Translations under genes and position numbers: made by a program
The notes under the pieces: model-generated
What the model saw: only the letters and a program-made list of their open reading frames with translations
Told to the model about the DNA's origin: nothing
Databases searched by the model: none
DNA from: Sphyrna mokarran
Taxonomy: Eukaryota
Assembly: GCA_024679065.1 (NCBI GenBank)
Contig: JAGIQG010000010.1
Coordinates: forward strand, 81,840,001 to 81,904,000
Direction of reading: 5' to 3'
DNA length: 64,000 bases
In this document: piece after piece, positions 37,850-51,731 of the stretch
Layout of the letters: each line of letters starts with the position of its first letter
Position numbering within the stretch: the stretch's first letter is position 1

Positions 37850-39998
37850 AGGCCATCAGGAGAGAATTAGGGTGCATAGATTGGACTAGGGAACTACAGG
37901 GACTGGGAACATCTGGAATGTGGTGCTTATTCAAGGAGCAGCTGCTGCAAGTCCTTGATAAGTATGTCCCTGTCAGGCAGGGAGGAAATGGACGAGTAAG
38001 AGAGCCTTGGTGTACGAAAAGAGTGGATTTGCTGGTTAAGAAGAAAAAGGAGGCTTATGTCAGGATGAGGCTTGAAGGCTCAGTTAGTGCAATGGATAGC
38101 TATAGATTAGCCAGGAAGGAGGTAAAAAGTGACTTGAGGAGAGCTAAGAGGGGACACGAGAAGATGTTGGCTGATAGGATTAAGGAGAATCCTAAAGCTT
38201 TCTTTCGATATGTTAAGAATAGAAGATTGGTTAGGCAAGATTAGGGCCAGTCATAGACAGCAGTGGGAAGTTGTGCGTGGAGCCTGAAGAGATTGGTGAG
38301 GCACTGAATAAATATTTCTCTTCGGTATTCACGCAGAGTGCTGGAAATGTAACTGTGGAGAGCACTGAGGTACAGGGTTGCAAATTGGGGAGTATTGTAG
38401 TAGATAGGGAGGATGTGTTAGAAATTCTCGAGGGTTTGAAGTTGGATAAGTCCCCTGGGCCGGATGGGATTTACCCTAGGATTCTCTGGGAGGCAAGAGA
38501 TGAGATTGCAGAGCCTCTGGCTCTGATCTTCAGGTCCTCGTTGGTTACGGGTGTGGTTCCGGAGGACTGGAGGATAGCGAATGTGGTCCCATTGTTTAAG
38601 AAGGGAAGAGAGACCTTCCAGGGAATTATAGGCCAGTGAGTCTTACTTCTGTTGTGGGCAAGGTATTGGAGAGAATTATTAGGGATAGGATTTATAGTTA
38701 TTTAGAGAGAAATGAATTGATTGGGGATAGTCAGCATGGTTTCGTGAAGGGTAGGTCATGCCTTACTAACCACATTGAGTTTTTTGAGAAAGTGACCAGA
38801 GAGGTGGATGGGGGTAAGGCGGTTGATGTAGTATATATGGACTTTAGTAAGGCTTTTGAGAAGGTGGCCCATGGAAGACTTCTACAGAAAATGCAGATGT
38901 GTGGAATAGAGGGTGATTTAGCTAATTGGATTAGGAATTGGCTGGCAGATAGAAGACAGAGGGTGGTGGTTGATGGGAGATATTCATCGTGGAGTTCAGT
39001 GACAAGTGGTGTACCTCAGGGGTCTGTTTTGGGGCCCCTGCTGTTTGTAATTTTTTATAAATGATCTGGATGAGGGTATTGAGGGATGGATTAGTAAATT
39101 TGCAGATGACACTAAAGTTGGTGGAGTGGTAGATAGTGAAGAGGGGTGTTATAGTTTACAGAGTGACTTGGACAAGTTGCAGAGCTGGGCCGAGAGGTGT
39201 CAAATGGAGTTTAATGTGGAAAAGTGTGAGGTAATGCACTTTGGCAGGAACAATAAATGTGTAGAGTATAGGGCTAATGGTAGGGCTCTTAATAGTGTTG
39301 AGAACAGAAGGATCTTGGTGTATGTGTCAATAGATCCCTGAAAGTAGGCAGTCAAGTGGATAAAGTTGTTAAGAAGGCATATGGAGTCTTAGCTTTTAAT
39401 GGTAGGGGGATTGAATTTAGGAGCCGCAGCATCATGTTGCAACTGTACAAAACTCTAGTGCGGCCGCACTTGGAGTATTGTGTGCCGTTCTGGTCGCCAC
39501 ATTATAAGAAAGATGTGGAGGCATTGGAGAGGGTACAGAGGAGGTTTACCAGGATGTTGCTGGTATGGAGGGCAGGTCTTATGAAGAGAGGCTGAGGGAT
39601 TTGAGGTTGTTTTCGTTAGAAAGGAGGCGGCTACGGGGGGATCTTATTGAAACATATAAGATAATTAGAGGTTTGGATAGGGTGGACAGTGATAGCCTTT
39701 TTCCTAGGATGGAGAAAGCTAGCACGAGGGGACACAGCTTTAAATTAAGGGGTATGAGTTATAGGACGGATATCAGAGGTAGGTTCTTTACTCAAAGAGT
39801 GATTATGGAGTGGAATGCCCTGCCTGCAGCTGTTGTAGATGCGCCAAGTTTGGTGGCGTTTAAGAGGTTAGTTGATAAGTATAGGGAAGAGAAGGGAATG
39901 GTTTAGTTTGGAGGGGCATTGCTTTTTATTTTGGTCGGCACAACATCGAAGGCCGAAGGGCCTGTTCTGTGCTGTATTGTTCTATGTTCTATGTTCTA
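37850..39998 (+). mobile_element. Young 5'-truncated CR1 LINE (ORF2 reverse transcriptase)
   Basis: Overlapping ORFs give KSPGPDGIYPRIL, QHGFVKGRSCLTN, VYMDFSKAF, GVPQGSVLGPLLF, KFADDTK, RPHLEYC and FFTQRVIMEWNALP; 3' tail (ctatgtt)n. Confidence 0.95.
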
Positions 39999-40999
39999 TA
40001 TCAGCACCATCCTCGGAGACCTTGATATTTCGAGAACTGTTTCTGTCGTTGGAGAAAACAGACAAGTTGAATTCTGAGCAATGACTTGATGTACATTGGC
40101 TTGTTGTTGAGGGTCATTTAATTTAAAATAAGATCTTTACTTTGAAAATGGGGAAAAGATGTTCAGTTTTTTGGGAGAGAAAGATGTTCAATTTTTCTAC
40201 GTTCTTAATGTGAATGGATTTACTATTGTGGAGCGGCACAGTGGTTAGCACTGCTGCCTCAGAACATTAGGGGCCCAGGTTCGATTCCTCGCCTTTCTGG
40301 GTGGAGTCTATATGTTCTCCTTGTGTCTGTATGCGTTTCTTCCAGGTGTTCTCGCTTCCTCCCACAATCTGAAAGATGTGCTGGTTAGGTGTATTGGCCA
40401 TGTTAAATTCTCCCTCAATGTACCCGAAGAGATGACAGAGTGTGGTGACTAGGGGATTTTCATAGTAACTTTATTGTATTGTAAGCCTAGTTGTAACATT
40501 AATAAACTTTTAAAAAATCTTCACTATAGTTGATTAAGTCTGGATGCGAATTCAAGAGAAAAGTAGGCAAAACTATGGAAAGAGCTAGAAGCCTGGAATA
40601 GACAATTTTAAAGTACTGTGAATAAAATCTAGAAACTAGCATCATCTAGGGAATTATCCAAGATACAAAACATACATCAAGCTTCTTGGCACAGTATGAT
40701 ATATGGGGATCTGTCAGAACTTGAGGTGGAAGGGGGGGCAGCTTTCACTTGTTGACATCGATTGTGTGAGTTGTAGTGAGGTGTCATTCTGCTCCTCACC
40801 TTGGATGATATACTTTGTTATTAGAATTTATTTTCAGAACTTAAAGCAAAACATTTCAAAAGATCTGATTCCACCTGCTTATAAAGTTTCTTTTTCAGGT
40901 ACCTATCACAGTGTCTGTGATTTAAGATTGCAAGGGTTTTTACTGTTCTCATTGATAAATGATCTGAATGGTATACTGACCAGCAAGTACTGACTGCTA

Positions 41000-42240
41000 A
41001 ATTGAACTTTATTGTACCAATAGCCTCTGTAATCGGTGCCATTTTGATACCAAAATGACACTCACACCATGTGCACATGGTGAGACTGTGCCAAATACTA
41101 TCTTGACAAGGGAATTAGAAGCATGTGGTGGTAATGTGCAGAGTCGGCAGAATGTGACATCAGTCAGCATGTAACATTGCATTTGATCTCAGGACTGCCA
41201 TTGTTGACTTTGTTACTCCCAGTTACTGCCATCAGTTAATCTCAAGTAGCTGAATCTGTGTTCAGGAATCAGGCATCAGGAAGAATCTCTCCTCCAGCAC
41301 TATAAAGGATTCAGCAAATAATTTCAGTTCAGTTGCTGTCTTTTGTCTCCATTTGAGTTTGTGGAAGTAGTTGGTCATTTGAAGAGTTGGTCAGACAAAC
41401 AGGAAATGCTACTTCACATGGAGAAAACCTTGATGTGACTTCAAGGATCCTGGGCAGGCACTCACTCCTAGTTATGAATGCTATAGTTGCAATACTCCTT
41501 GGGCTGGAGCAGGAGAGGGAAATGGAGCAGAGCAGCAAAGAAGAGGATAAAACTTCTCACAGAGGAAAGAGGGGAAAAAGTGCTCTCACACTTCCAGGAG
41601 AAATTCCTTTACATAAGTCGTGAGGAGTATGTGCATTGCCTGTGCTTCGGAGTGGCAACCTCTGAACTGAACAAAGATGGTGCTGCCAGTACATGAACTG
41701 GACAAGGATGGTTTGGGCCAGTGACAATGAAGGTAAACAGACCCCTGAATTTCTTTGCTTCAGGATTTTTCCAGGCTAGAGCAAGGGGAAGCAGTGAGGT
41801 AGTAGTATTGCCACGATACTTCGTAATCCAGAGACTTAAAGTAATGCTGGGGGATCTAATTTGAATCCCATCACAGTTGAGAGAATAGATTATAAATATA
41901 AAGCCAAAGCACCAGGCAGAGAACAATGGAAACTGCAGTAGCTAGGGAGCTAGCAGAACATCCTATGATTGTGTTGGCTGTTTTCCATATGTGAAGGTAA
42001 CAGTCCACATTGAAGAGAAAAGTAGTCATGCTAACCTCTTTACATATTTTGTATACACCAGCTTTTTTTTTTGGATTCAGCACTACTGTCTCTTTCATTG
42101 ACAGACAGCATCCTTGTGATGCTCCTCAACATCTAATTGTATGATGGTTTAGCTGGATGGTCAGAACTGTGAATATCCATATTGTACAAGTTTGCACATG
42201 ATCCCCACAAGCATATCTCACTTCTGGAAGTCAGACTTAT
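41000..42240 (+). mobile_element. PIF/Harbinger DNA transposon relic
   Basis: NAIVAILLGLEQERE, FQEKFLYISREEYVHCLCF and PVTMKVNRPLNFFASGFFQARAR resemble a HARBI1-type transposase N-terminus/HTH (LPVAVKVTxALNFYASGSFQ). Confidence 0.6.
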
Positions 42241-42719
42241 GAGCATTCTTCAGAGAGATGAAATCAAAAGATTTATTTTGTTACCATATGCTATAGTAAA
42301 TGAGAACATTTGCATTAAATTTCAATCTGTTTCATTATGTTCTTTGTAAAATAGTAATTAACAAGGTCTGTATACTATTCCTATTCAATTTCTCTTAGTT
42401 GACTCACAAAACTACTTGATAGTAACTATCAAGGGAGAGGTTCCGTCTGTCTGACTTTACCACATTTTTACACCATCTTGGGTTTCCCAGCTGGACAGGA
42501 AGCAAGAGGCTTGCTTCCCCATCCCGCCATATTCTAGCTCACCTCTCTGGTTCTCCAAATCCAAGAATTGGTCAGCTGAGTTGCCAGTCAAAACAATTAT
42601 CAACATTCCCATCCTTTTCCCTCTGATTTTAAGGACCAAGGCAAACAAACTGACCAGCTAAGATTTCTTCTTCTGAGTTCAAACAAATGTGCTCATTCAA
42701 ACATATTACATATCTGGAA

Positions 42720-42884
42720 CAAAAACAGAAAATGCTAGAAAATCTCAGCAGGTTTAATGAAGGGTCATCCAAACTTGAACGTTGGCCCTATTCTCTTCAC
42801 ACGGATGATCAGACCTGCTGAGATTTTCAAGCATTTTCTGTTTTTGTTTCAGATTCCAGCATCTGCAATATTTTGCTTTTATTG
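42720..42884. mobile_element. 165-bp element with inverted ends and a 13-bp target-site duplication
   Basis: caaaaacagaaaatgctagaaaatctcagcaggt ... acctgctgagattttcaagcattttctgtttttg; tacatatctggaa repeated at 42707-42719 and 42885-42897. Relatives at ~8330-8480, 20180-20345, 27340-27400 and 54960-55065. Confidence 0.75.
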
Positions 42885-44399
42885 TACATATCTGGAATGT
42901 GTGAACAAACTTAATTGTTTCAAACTTGGTTTGACTAGTTGTAATTCACATGGTAGCTGATGCTATGCCTACACTTACCTACTCCTAACAAGCATCAATG
43001 GTCCTACTAAATGGATGCCTCACAAATTGGATATCTATAATAGTGATAACCCTAACAGATGGTTTCAGAAAACTATCATATGTTTTCCACAGAATGCTAA
43101 TTGGGCAGAAACTATGCATCTGCTGTCTTGGTAATTGCAAACCGCTTGAAAATGAATTTTGTAGAAAATTAACAGGTCAAAAATAGATTAAACTCATTAT
43201 AATTCATTAACTAGCATCTTAGCAAAATGTCAGCCATGATCACAAATAATAAAAACTGCTATCAGAATGTAACCAAGTTATCAGGCTACCAGGGCCAGAA
43301 ACCATTTTGCAGACCAAAGTCTAGACTTTTTCAAACACAACAGTTTGCCCTCTTAGCATCTACCCTACTCTAGCTATCACTTACTTTCAAATCCATTTTC
43401 TCTCTACAGTGGTCTTGGCCCCTAAAACCAACGTCTGGTTATATTCTTAACCTCAAATTGTGGTTCCAGCTATGTATGCCATAGTGCTTTGATTCATTTC
43501 AGTTTTAGGCAACTGATTTATTAATGGGGCACATAGCTCAGCATGCCTCCTCACAATGCCAAGGACCTAGGTTCGATTCTCAGCTTGGATCATTGTCTGT
43601 GCAGAGTCTGCACATTCTCCCCATGTCTGCATCGGTTTTTCCTTGGATGCTGTGATTTCCTCCCACAGTTCAAAAGACATGCCATTTAGATGCATAGGCC
43701 CCCATCAGTGTACCTGAACAGGTGCCAGAATATGGCAACTAGTAGTTTTCACAGTAACTTCAATACACTGTTACTGTAAGCCTACTTGTGACACTAATAA
43801 ATTAACTTCAACTTAATTGTCCTAATTAAAGAGCTCACCATTCAATCTTTCAAACTCTAGATTACAGTACGTCACTTTTCCCTTTCCTTTACAATTGACG
43901 GCAGAATAGAGATTTCGGTCCTGAATTTTCCTACATGTTTGTCTATCTATTGAAGTCTCTTGAAAACAAAGCCCTTTGATTGCAATTTTAGTTGTCATTC
44001 TTGCTTCCCACTTCTGGTTGGGTCGAATATCCTGTCGTGGAGTGCCTTGGAACGTTTTGCTTTGTTGGTTAATGATGCTATGTAAATATAGGTTGTTGCT
44101 AAGGAATTATTTAAAAGGAAATGTGCGAGATACCTAAAATCCAAAGTGTTACACAAGTAAGCATTTAAAAGCAATGAAATGAGTACTGAAATAATGGCAA
44201 TTACAATGAATACAAAAGTAAGCTGATGATTACAAGTGTAATACCGGAAATGTAAAACACATTTAAAAGAATATAATAGGAAGAGAAAACCAATTTCAAA
44301 TACTCATCTGGTAATAAAAAAAAGACATTTGTCCAAGCTTTTTGTTCTTGCAGAAGACAATTACAAAAATAACAAAGTCCAAAAAAACTATAACTTTAT

Positions 44400-45410
44400 A
44401 TTGTATGAGAGGAGGTGCTGATAGTTTGGCACATGGCTGATTGTTTGACTGATAAGAGTTTGTCACAGAAAATGTAGCTGTTGATGGAGACTGACAGATA
44501 ACTGCCAAGCATTTTTTGAAATTTAAACCAAGCAGTTTGATTCTATTGGTCAAGGTATTGCTGTGAGAAATGAACCAATGAATGGATATCATTTATTTTG
44601 TTTATCTGAAACAAGTGCATGTTGTGCTTTCTGTTTGCAAATAATCATACAAGCTTGATGCTGAAATAGAATACATGAAAGACATCCTATGGGATAATGG
44701 CCACCCTGATAAGATCATTTTGCACAGAAAATATTGTGCAAACTCATGAAAGGGATCAAGGCTATCACTACTGGATCTGAAAATTGCACTGTCCACCTCG
44801 GATCATCATGGAAGAGCAAGATATCTCAAAAGTTGAGCAACGAGAAACTACTTTTTTACCACCAACAGGATGTTGCTGCCAAGTCTAAAAGACATTCTGT
44901 CTCTCACTTAAATGAGTGACATTATCTACGAATTTCACTGTGAAATTAGATATATTGGCCACATGCTTCAAAGAATGGAAAATCATAAAAAACATCATGT
45001 GCCTTCAGCTACATATAACAAGCAAACTATATCCAAGCAGCTACGCTTGGAAAACGCAAAACACAGTTCCAACAGTAGATATGATTCTGCAATTGGACAA
45101 CATTTGCTAAATAATCATCAGTATATTGTCAATTGAGTTCAAAATATGATGCGTTTGCGTGTGCTGAAAGTTGCATATATTAATATGCAGGGCGCTGTTC
45201 TTTGCATACAGAATGTGTACACACATTAGCAAAATAACTGAGCCATTTTCTGGTTCATTTCATTCTACAAGTTAATTCTCCAACCAAAGTCAAGCTGGTT
45301 TAAATGTCAAACAATGCTTTGCAATGAACTGTCAGTCATCATTGGGTGCATTCTGTATGGCAATGTCTCTGCCAGTCAGAGTTCACTCATCAACCAATCA
45401 ATACTGTTCT
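44400..45410 (+). mobile_element. Penelope-like element relic (GIY-YIG endonuclease) with an inverted 5' repeat
   Basis: IIYEFHCEIRYIGHMLQRMENHKKHHVP...DSAIGQHLLNN. Region ~44430-44600 is a diverged reverse complement of ~45230-45400. A related terminal relic lies at ~59450-59740(-). Confidence 0.7.
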
Positions 45411-46784
45411 TTTGGGGCTAAAATTTTCTGGCTGTTCTCACTAGTGGCATCTTGCGGTCCTGCTGATGGAAAACCATTCCCCCCCACTCCACCTTCATTA
45501 TTAGTTCATTGACAATGGAAGGCACTAACAACGAAATGCCCTGTTGATGGCAGCAGGACCAAAAATCATATCACATTGGAAGGGAAGTGAAAATCCTGCC
45601 CAGTATAAAGTTGTTGTTTCACTGACATTAGTATGCTTGCAATTGTCCTGATAAGTACAACAGAAAAAGACTTGACAAAATGTCTTCTTTTCAGCAATAC
45701 TAAAATCCAAAAAATTAATAAATTGGCAATAATTTACTCAATAAATCTTGTAAATATCATACATACATTCATTGTATGTGGCAAAATATGCAGCCAAAAA
45801 CTCAAAGAGCGTTCACAGGAGCATTTCAAGAAAATAACAGCACTGAGTCACAGAGAGGTGTTGGGGTGGGTGACCAAAATGTTGGTCCAAGAGAGGTGAC
45901 TGGATGAAGAGAGTGGTAGGTGACTAAGTTGGTTTTGCTACTGATTAATCCCTGGATACAGGACAATCCCACCTATGGACACAGGATTAAATAAGAAAAT
46001 GGAAAATTCTGGAATCCATTTTTAAGGAAGTAGTACATACAAGGAAGAACATTTAGAAAATCATAAAACAGAATCAGCGTGGTGAAATGGAAAGGAAGAT
46101 GGTCCATAACTTGCTGGTTTCCCACATTTGGGGGGGGATACCCCACTGGGAAATCCCTCTAAGAAGTTATCATGCAAGGGGTTACCAGCAATTGCCCTGA
46201 GGGCCTAATTTCCTCTGGACAATTGCGCTGGGCAGGGAACCATCTGACAAAGCAACTTAAATTGCAAACTTTGGATAGTTCTGTCAGTTTTATCCTGATA
46301 GCCACTCTGAAAGGGTTAGAAATCCTGCTCTCAGTAGGGCCTCCACTTCTCTCCCAGTATGATCCCTTTCTCCTGAGTCAATGTTCCCCATAGTTCTGAC
46401 AATCTATTTGTCTCCCCCCACCTCCATTCCAACTTTTCCCCGCTGGTCTCCCACAGATAGCTGAATCTTGAACCACTTGCCTTTCAAATTTACCTTCTCC
46501 CTTTAAATACCTCCTTTGCAGTAACTGATGCTGTAAAAGAAAAGGGGCATGTCTTTCTTCCAGCTACTCCGCACGACACATCCTGGGTCGTGCTTCGCTT
46601 CTCCTGTCTCATCCAGCCTAAAGAAGGAGATCAGGTAAGATGGGCTTTGGGATTTCAATAAAGGATAAATACCTCCCAAGTCACAAGCAGCTGGTAATGC
46701 CACATAGGGGGAGTTACGGGCTATTGTGCTGAGTTCTTTCAGAATGTATCAGTGAATGTAATGTTTTTGGATTCCCAAAAGGCA

Positions 46785-48610
46785 TACAAGAGCTGTGAGC
46801 AGGAGTAGGCCATCTGGCCCCTCGAGCCTGCTCTGCCATTCAATAAGATCATGGCTGATCTTTTTGTGGACTCAGCTCCATTTATCCGCCTGCTCACCAT
46901 AATCCTTAGTTCCTTCACTGTTCAAAAATCTATCTTTGCCTTAAAAACATTTAACAAGGTAGCCTCAGCTGCGTTGTTGGGCAGCAAAATTCCACAGATT
47001 CACAACTCTTTATGTGAAGAAGTTACTCCTCAACTCAGTCCTAAATCTCCCTTATTTTGAGGTTATGTCCTTTGTTCTAGTTTCACCTGCCAGTGGAAAC
47101 AACCTCACTGCTTCCTTCTTATCTATTCCCTTCATAATTTTATACATTTCCAAAAAATCCCCTGCTCGTTCTCCTAAATTCCAATGAGTATACTCCCAGT
47201 CTACTTAGTTTCTCCTCAAGCCAAACTGCAGAATCAACTTAGTTTACACAGTACTCCAGGAGTGGCTTCACCAGCACCTTATACAGGTGCAACATAACCT
47301 CCATGTTTTTAAATTCCATCCTTCTAGCAATGAAGGACAAAATTCCATTTGCCTTCTTACTTATCTGCTGCACCTGCAAACCAACTTTTTATGATTCATG
47401 CAACAGGACAACCAGATCCTTCTGCATAGCAGCATGCTGCAATTTTTTTTTACCATTTTAACAATAGTAAGGTGAGAGAAAATAAATTTCAAACTGAAGA
47501 TTTATAGTATTGAGGGTGATATATTAGCAGTGATTTGAGGACGGGTTAACAAATAGGAGATTTGGGTAAATGGCTAACTACAATGAGTGCCATGATGTGG
47601 AGATGCCAACATTGGATTGGGATGCCAGTGAGTACAGTAAGAAGTCTCACAATATCAGGTTAAAGTTCAATAAGTTTATTTGGTATCATGCGTTTTCATA
47701 GCATTGTTCTTTCATTAGATGACTTTAACCTGGTGGGAAACTTCTTACTATAATGAGTGCTACAAGGATCAGAACTGGGGTCTCAACTATTTATGACTGA
47801 TATTAATGATTTGAATAAGGGATGGGCTGATGATACAAAGGTGAGGAGGATATAAAAAGTTAACAAAGGGAGATAGAATAAGTTAGTTGAGTGGATAAAT
47901 GTGAGGTGCTGACTTTGGTGGGAAGAACGAGAAAGCAGAATATTCTTTAAATAGAGAGAGGCTGCAGATTGCTGTGGTGCAGGGTGACCCGAGTGTCCAT
48001 TATCATGAATCAGAAAATTCAGCATACAGATACAGCAAATAATTAGGAAGGTAAAGAAAATATTGGCCTTTCTTGAAGTGGGAATGACATTTCGCTACAA
48101 CTTCTTAAAGTTTATTTATTCATGTCACTGTGAAAACCCCTAGTTGCCACACTCTGGTGTCTGTTCGGGTACATTGAAGGAGAATTTAGCATGGCCAGTG
48201 CACCTAACCAGCATGTCTTTCAGACGGTGGGAGATAACCACAGCATCCATGTAGGCACAGGGAGAACATGCATACTCCACATAGACAGTAACCCAAGCCA
48301 GGAATTGAACCTGGCACTATGAGGCAGCAGTGCTAACCCACAGGACAATGGTGAGAAGACACCTAGGGGACTCTGTGCAGTCACCTGACTAAAGGAGGAA
48401 TTTTGAAGAATGAGAGGTAATCTTACTGAAATATATAAAATTCTAAGGGAGATTGACATTTGTGAGGGCATCTAAAACTAGGCATAAAATTTCAAGACAA
48501 GGAATTTCCCATTTAATTTGAGCAGATGAATTTTTTTTCATAGAAGGTCATTAATTCTCTTTACCAATGAAGGCCAGGTCTTTGAATATTTTCAAGACTG
48601 AGTTAGATTT
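46785..48610. mobile_element. Adjacent decayed CR1 fragments (minus, then plus) with SINE and PLE-end insertions
   Basis: CR1 3' end on the minus strand at 46785-47460; QGSELGSQLFMTDINDL on the plus strand near 47765. Confidence 0.7.
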
Positions 48611-50399
48611 TTGAGTGTGTTTTGATCCCACCGGACGTTACTACAAGTCGGATTCCAGATGCGAAGCTGACTTAATGGATTTTAAATTTTTTTAAATCAT
48701 GGAGGAAAGTCGCTGAACACATTCAGAGGAGTCTGCTAGTGAACTTTTAATACAAAGTAAAATAGTTATGAAACAAAAAATTATATTACAACAGACAAAA
48801 ATGTTAGAAAAAGCTCAATGAAAAATGGTGCAAATATTCATTTCCTGTCTATATCTTTACAGACATATATAAATTTCAAAAGATAAAACAATTTGCCATA
48901 CCCATCTTATACTCTAATATTGAGGGTAGTGTACAGTACATTTGAATTGGCAGATGAACTGTTGTCAGACACTTCACATTCCGTAGTAACTGAAACATGC
49001 AACCAGAACAGATTAGTGTATTTCGCAGTAACCCAACCAGATGATTGCTACACCATGAGCCAACCAATTTCACTTTCTCATGAGGGCTTTTAATTTCCAC
49101 ATTTGAAGATCTAGTCTTTGAATTCTCTCCAAACATTGTTCATACCCCAGGGTTTCAACCTCTCCTTCTGAGATTTCTCTCTCCAGATTTCCAAGTACAT
49201 ACAAACTTTACCTTCCAGGTAAAATTTCTGGCCTTCAGTAATGCCAACAGAAATATCACTTACTCTAGATGTATGGTCCATTGCATGGTCACCAACTTTT
49301 GGCCACCTTCTCAGATCTTCTGGCTTCTCTCAAGCCTACTTTGCTTCATATCTGTTCCCCAAAACTCTAACTCCATGCCCTTTTCTCAGCTCCTCTCATT
49401 TACCTTGATTCAGTGAGATCTATTCTAATCCTTGCCTGGGACTTTCTCTGTTCCACTTCCTGTTTTGGGGCCACCTTCTTGTTTGGGATCTTTTCCCTGT
49501 TCCCCTCCCTGTGTCATGCTTCCTGGAACACCTTCTTAATGGTGGTACTCCAATCCAAGGCACCTGACCTTCAGTTTTGAGCGTGGGGCACAGCAGGCAG
49601 GAAAGTGGAGTTGAGGCCACTGTTAGATCAGCCATGACCTTAGTGAATAGCGGAGCAGACTTGAAGGGGTCATTCCTGCTCCTAATTTATATGTTCTTAT
49701 CCACGTGTTTGTGAAGTTGGCTAACAGAGAAGCAAATAGGCTTAAGAAGTTTACCTAAAGAATGGAGTGAACAAGGCTCGGTACAAATATTACTTTGACT
49801 TATTGCTAAAAATGATCAAAAACAATTAACTTTAACTTGAGGCATGAGTATAATGGGGCTATTATTCTATTTCAAAATGGGTTAGTGTCTTCATTAAAAT
49901 AGATGACAAAAAGGTAAATATCTATTAAGTCCTTAGGGGCCTCTACAACAAAACTAGAAATTGTGATGTGCAAGACAAAGGAAGTCATTCTCCTGAAATA
50001 AACCCCAAAATAACGATTCAGCAGGGACACTGCCACAATAACCATCTCTTATTGTGAAACCTACAATCATTTTTTTTATTGGAAGCAAAGTTGAGATTGA
50101 TTAAAATGATTTGTAAGCAGACAGAAAGCAGCTGCATTTATTTGGATCAAAGTCCCATAACTGTTGAGGTATTTTGAAGATATCCTGTCAGAAAATAGGC
50201 AAAGATTGCAGCCAATTTTTACACAAGTAAGAAGTTGTCTGTTTTTGATGTGTGGGTTGAGAGCTAAATGTAGGCCAGAGTACAATGCCAAGAAGAAAAA
50301 AAATCATCAATTCTTCCAAATAATGCCATGGCACCCAAGAGGGAAAACTCAGCCTCAGTTTGACATTTCAAATGAAAGATGGTACAACTTATACAGTCT

Positions 50400-50935
50400 T
50401 ACACAGCTACAGCTGTATAAGACAATGGTCTGACCCTACTGTGCTCAGTTCTGGTGGCCTCTTTACAGGAAGGATGTGGAGGCCATTGAAAGGGTGCAGA
50501 GGAGATTTGCCTAAATTGGATGGCATGCCTTATGAGGAAAGGTTGAGAGAACTGGGTCTTTTCTCCTTGGAGAAATGAAGAATGAGAGGAGAGCTGATAG
50601 AGGTGTATAAGATATTGACCAACAGGATTTTCAGAGGTATTTTCCCATGGCTGAAATGGCTGCCACAAGAACACACAGGTTTAGGGTACTGGGGAGTAGG
50701 TACAGAGGAGATGTCAGGGGTTTTTCACTCAGAGGGTGGTGGATGTGTGGAATTGGCTGCCAGCAATGGTGATGGAGGTGGATTCGATAGGGTCTTTTAA
50801 GATACTTTTGGATGAGTACGTGGGATTTAGTAAGATGGAGGGTTATAGGTAAGCCTAGTAGGTAGAGATATGTTCGACAGAACTTTGGGCCAAAAGGCCC
50901 GTTTATACTGTACTTTTTCTTTATTCTATGACTCA
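50400..50935 (+). mobile_element. CR1 3' fragment
   Basis: GMPYEERLRELGLFSLEK and MRGELIEVYKIL motifs. Confidence 0.85.
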
Positions 50936-51235
50936 ATAGGCCAAATGACCTAATTCTGCACCTATATTTTATGGTTTTATGTGCAAGTGCTGCATTCCAT
51001 TCAAACTAAAAAGTTTAAACCTTTGCAGGTTTAGACTCATGATCTTCTAACTGAGTAACGAGAGTCCTGCCGCTTTACTAAACTTGTTACTTACCTATCC
51101 AACATTCCTGCAGAGAAGCAAGCAACTAAAGGGAGAGATTTTATTGGAAATTTCATAAAAATTTCAAGTACAAATAAAATCATTTGAAAATCACTTCACT
51201 AAGTTAACCTATTGAATTTTAATAATGTCCAAACC

Positions 51236-51241
51236 TTTATT
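51236..51241 (-). terminator. Candidate polyadenylation signal of CCDC169 (a second AATAAA lies at 51140-51145)
   Basis: AATAAA on the minus strand about 145 nt after the stop codon. Confidence 0.4.
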
Positions 51242-51384
51242 CAGTTCAACACAACCAAATATATCTCTAATTCAGATTAGCAACAATTAAATCAATCCTT
51301 CTAAAATTAGGACATAAATACCGTAAATAACAGGTTTCTCTGACATGTATAACACCATATGTGTTCCATAATAATGTTCTAACG

Positions 51385-51487
51385 TCAGTGCTGCAATTTT
51401 GGAAGCTGCTTCAATGATGCAGTCTTTTTAATTGGTCCTTTCTTGAGATCTACAATCCTTTGAGCTGTTGGCACATTGTACTTTTCT
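51385..51487 (-). CDS. CCDC169: CCDC169 final coding exon
   Basis: Acceptor tttctttcag|A. Encodes EKYNVPTAQRIVDLKKGPIKKTASLKQLPKLQH*, resembling the recalled human CCDC169 C-terminus [32 protein letters not shown]. Lies upstream of SOHLH2 on the same strand, as in mammals. Confidence 0.82.
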
Positions 51488-51731
51488 CTGAAAGAAACAT
51501 AATTGTTTGCTGGTTACTTGTCTGAAAAAATTTCACTGCATTCAACATTTGCAACAATTTAAGACCATTAGAACATGCAAAGCCTGCTATTCAGATCATC
51601 CTCATTTCAAAAACACAACATCAAACTTGAAAAGTCATGATATCTATCTGGGATGTTACTTTCTATTTGGTTTCAGTTTGACACCCATGGTATACTTGAG
51701 GGGCAATGTTCTTCTTTGTTGCTACCGGAAC

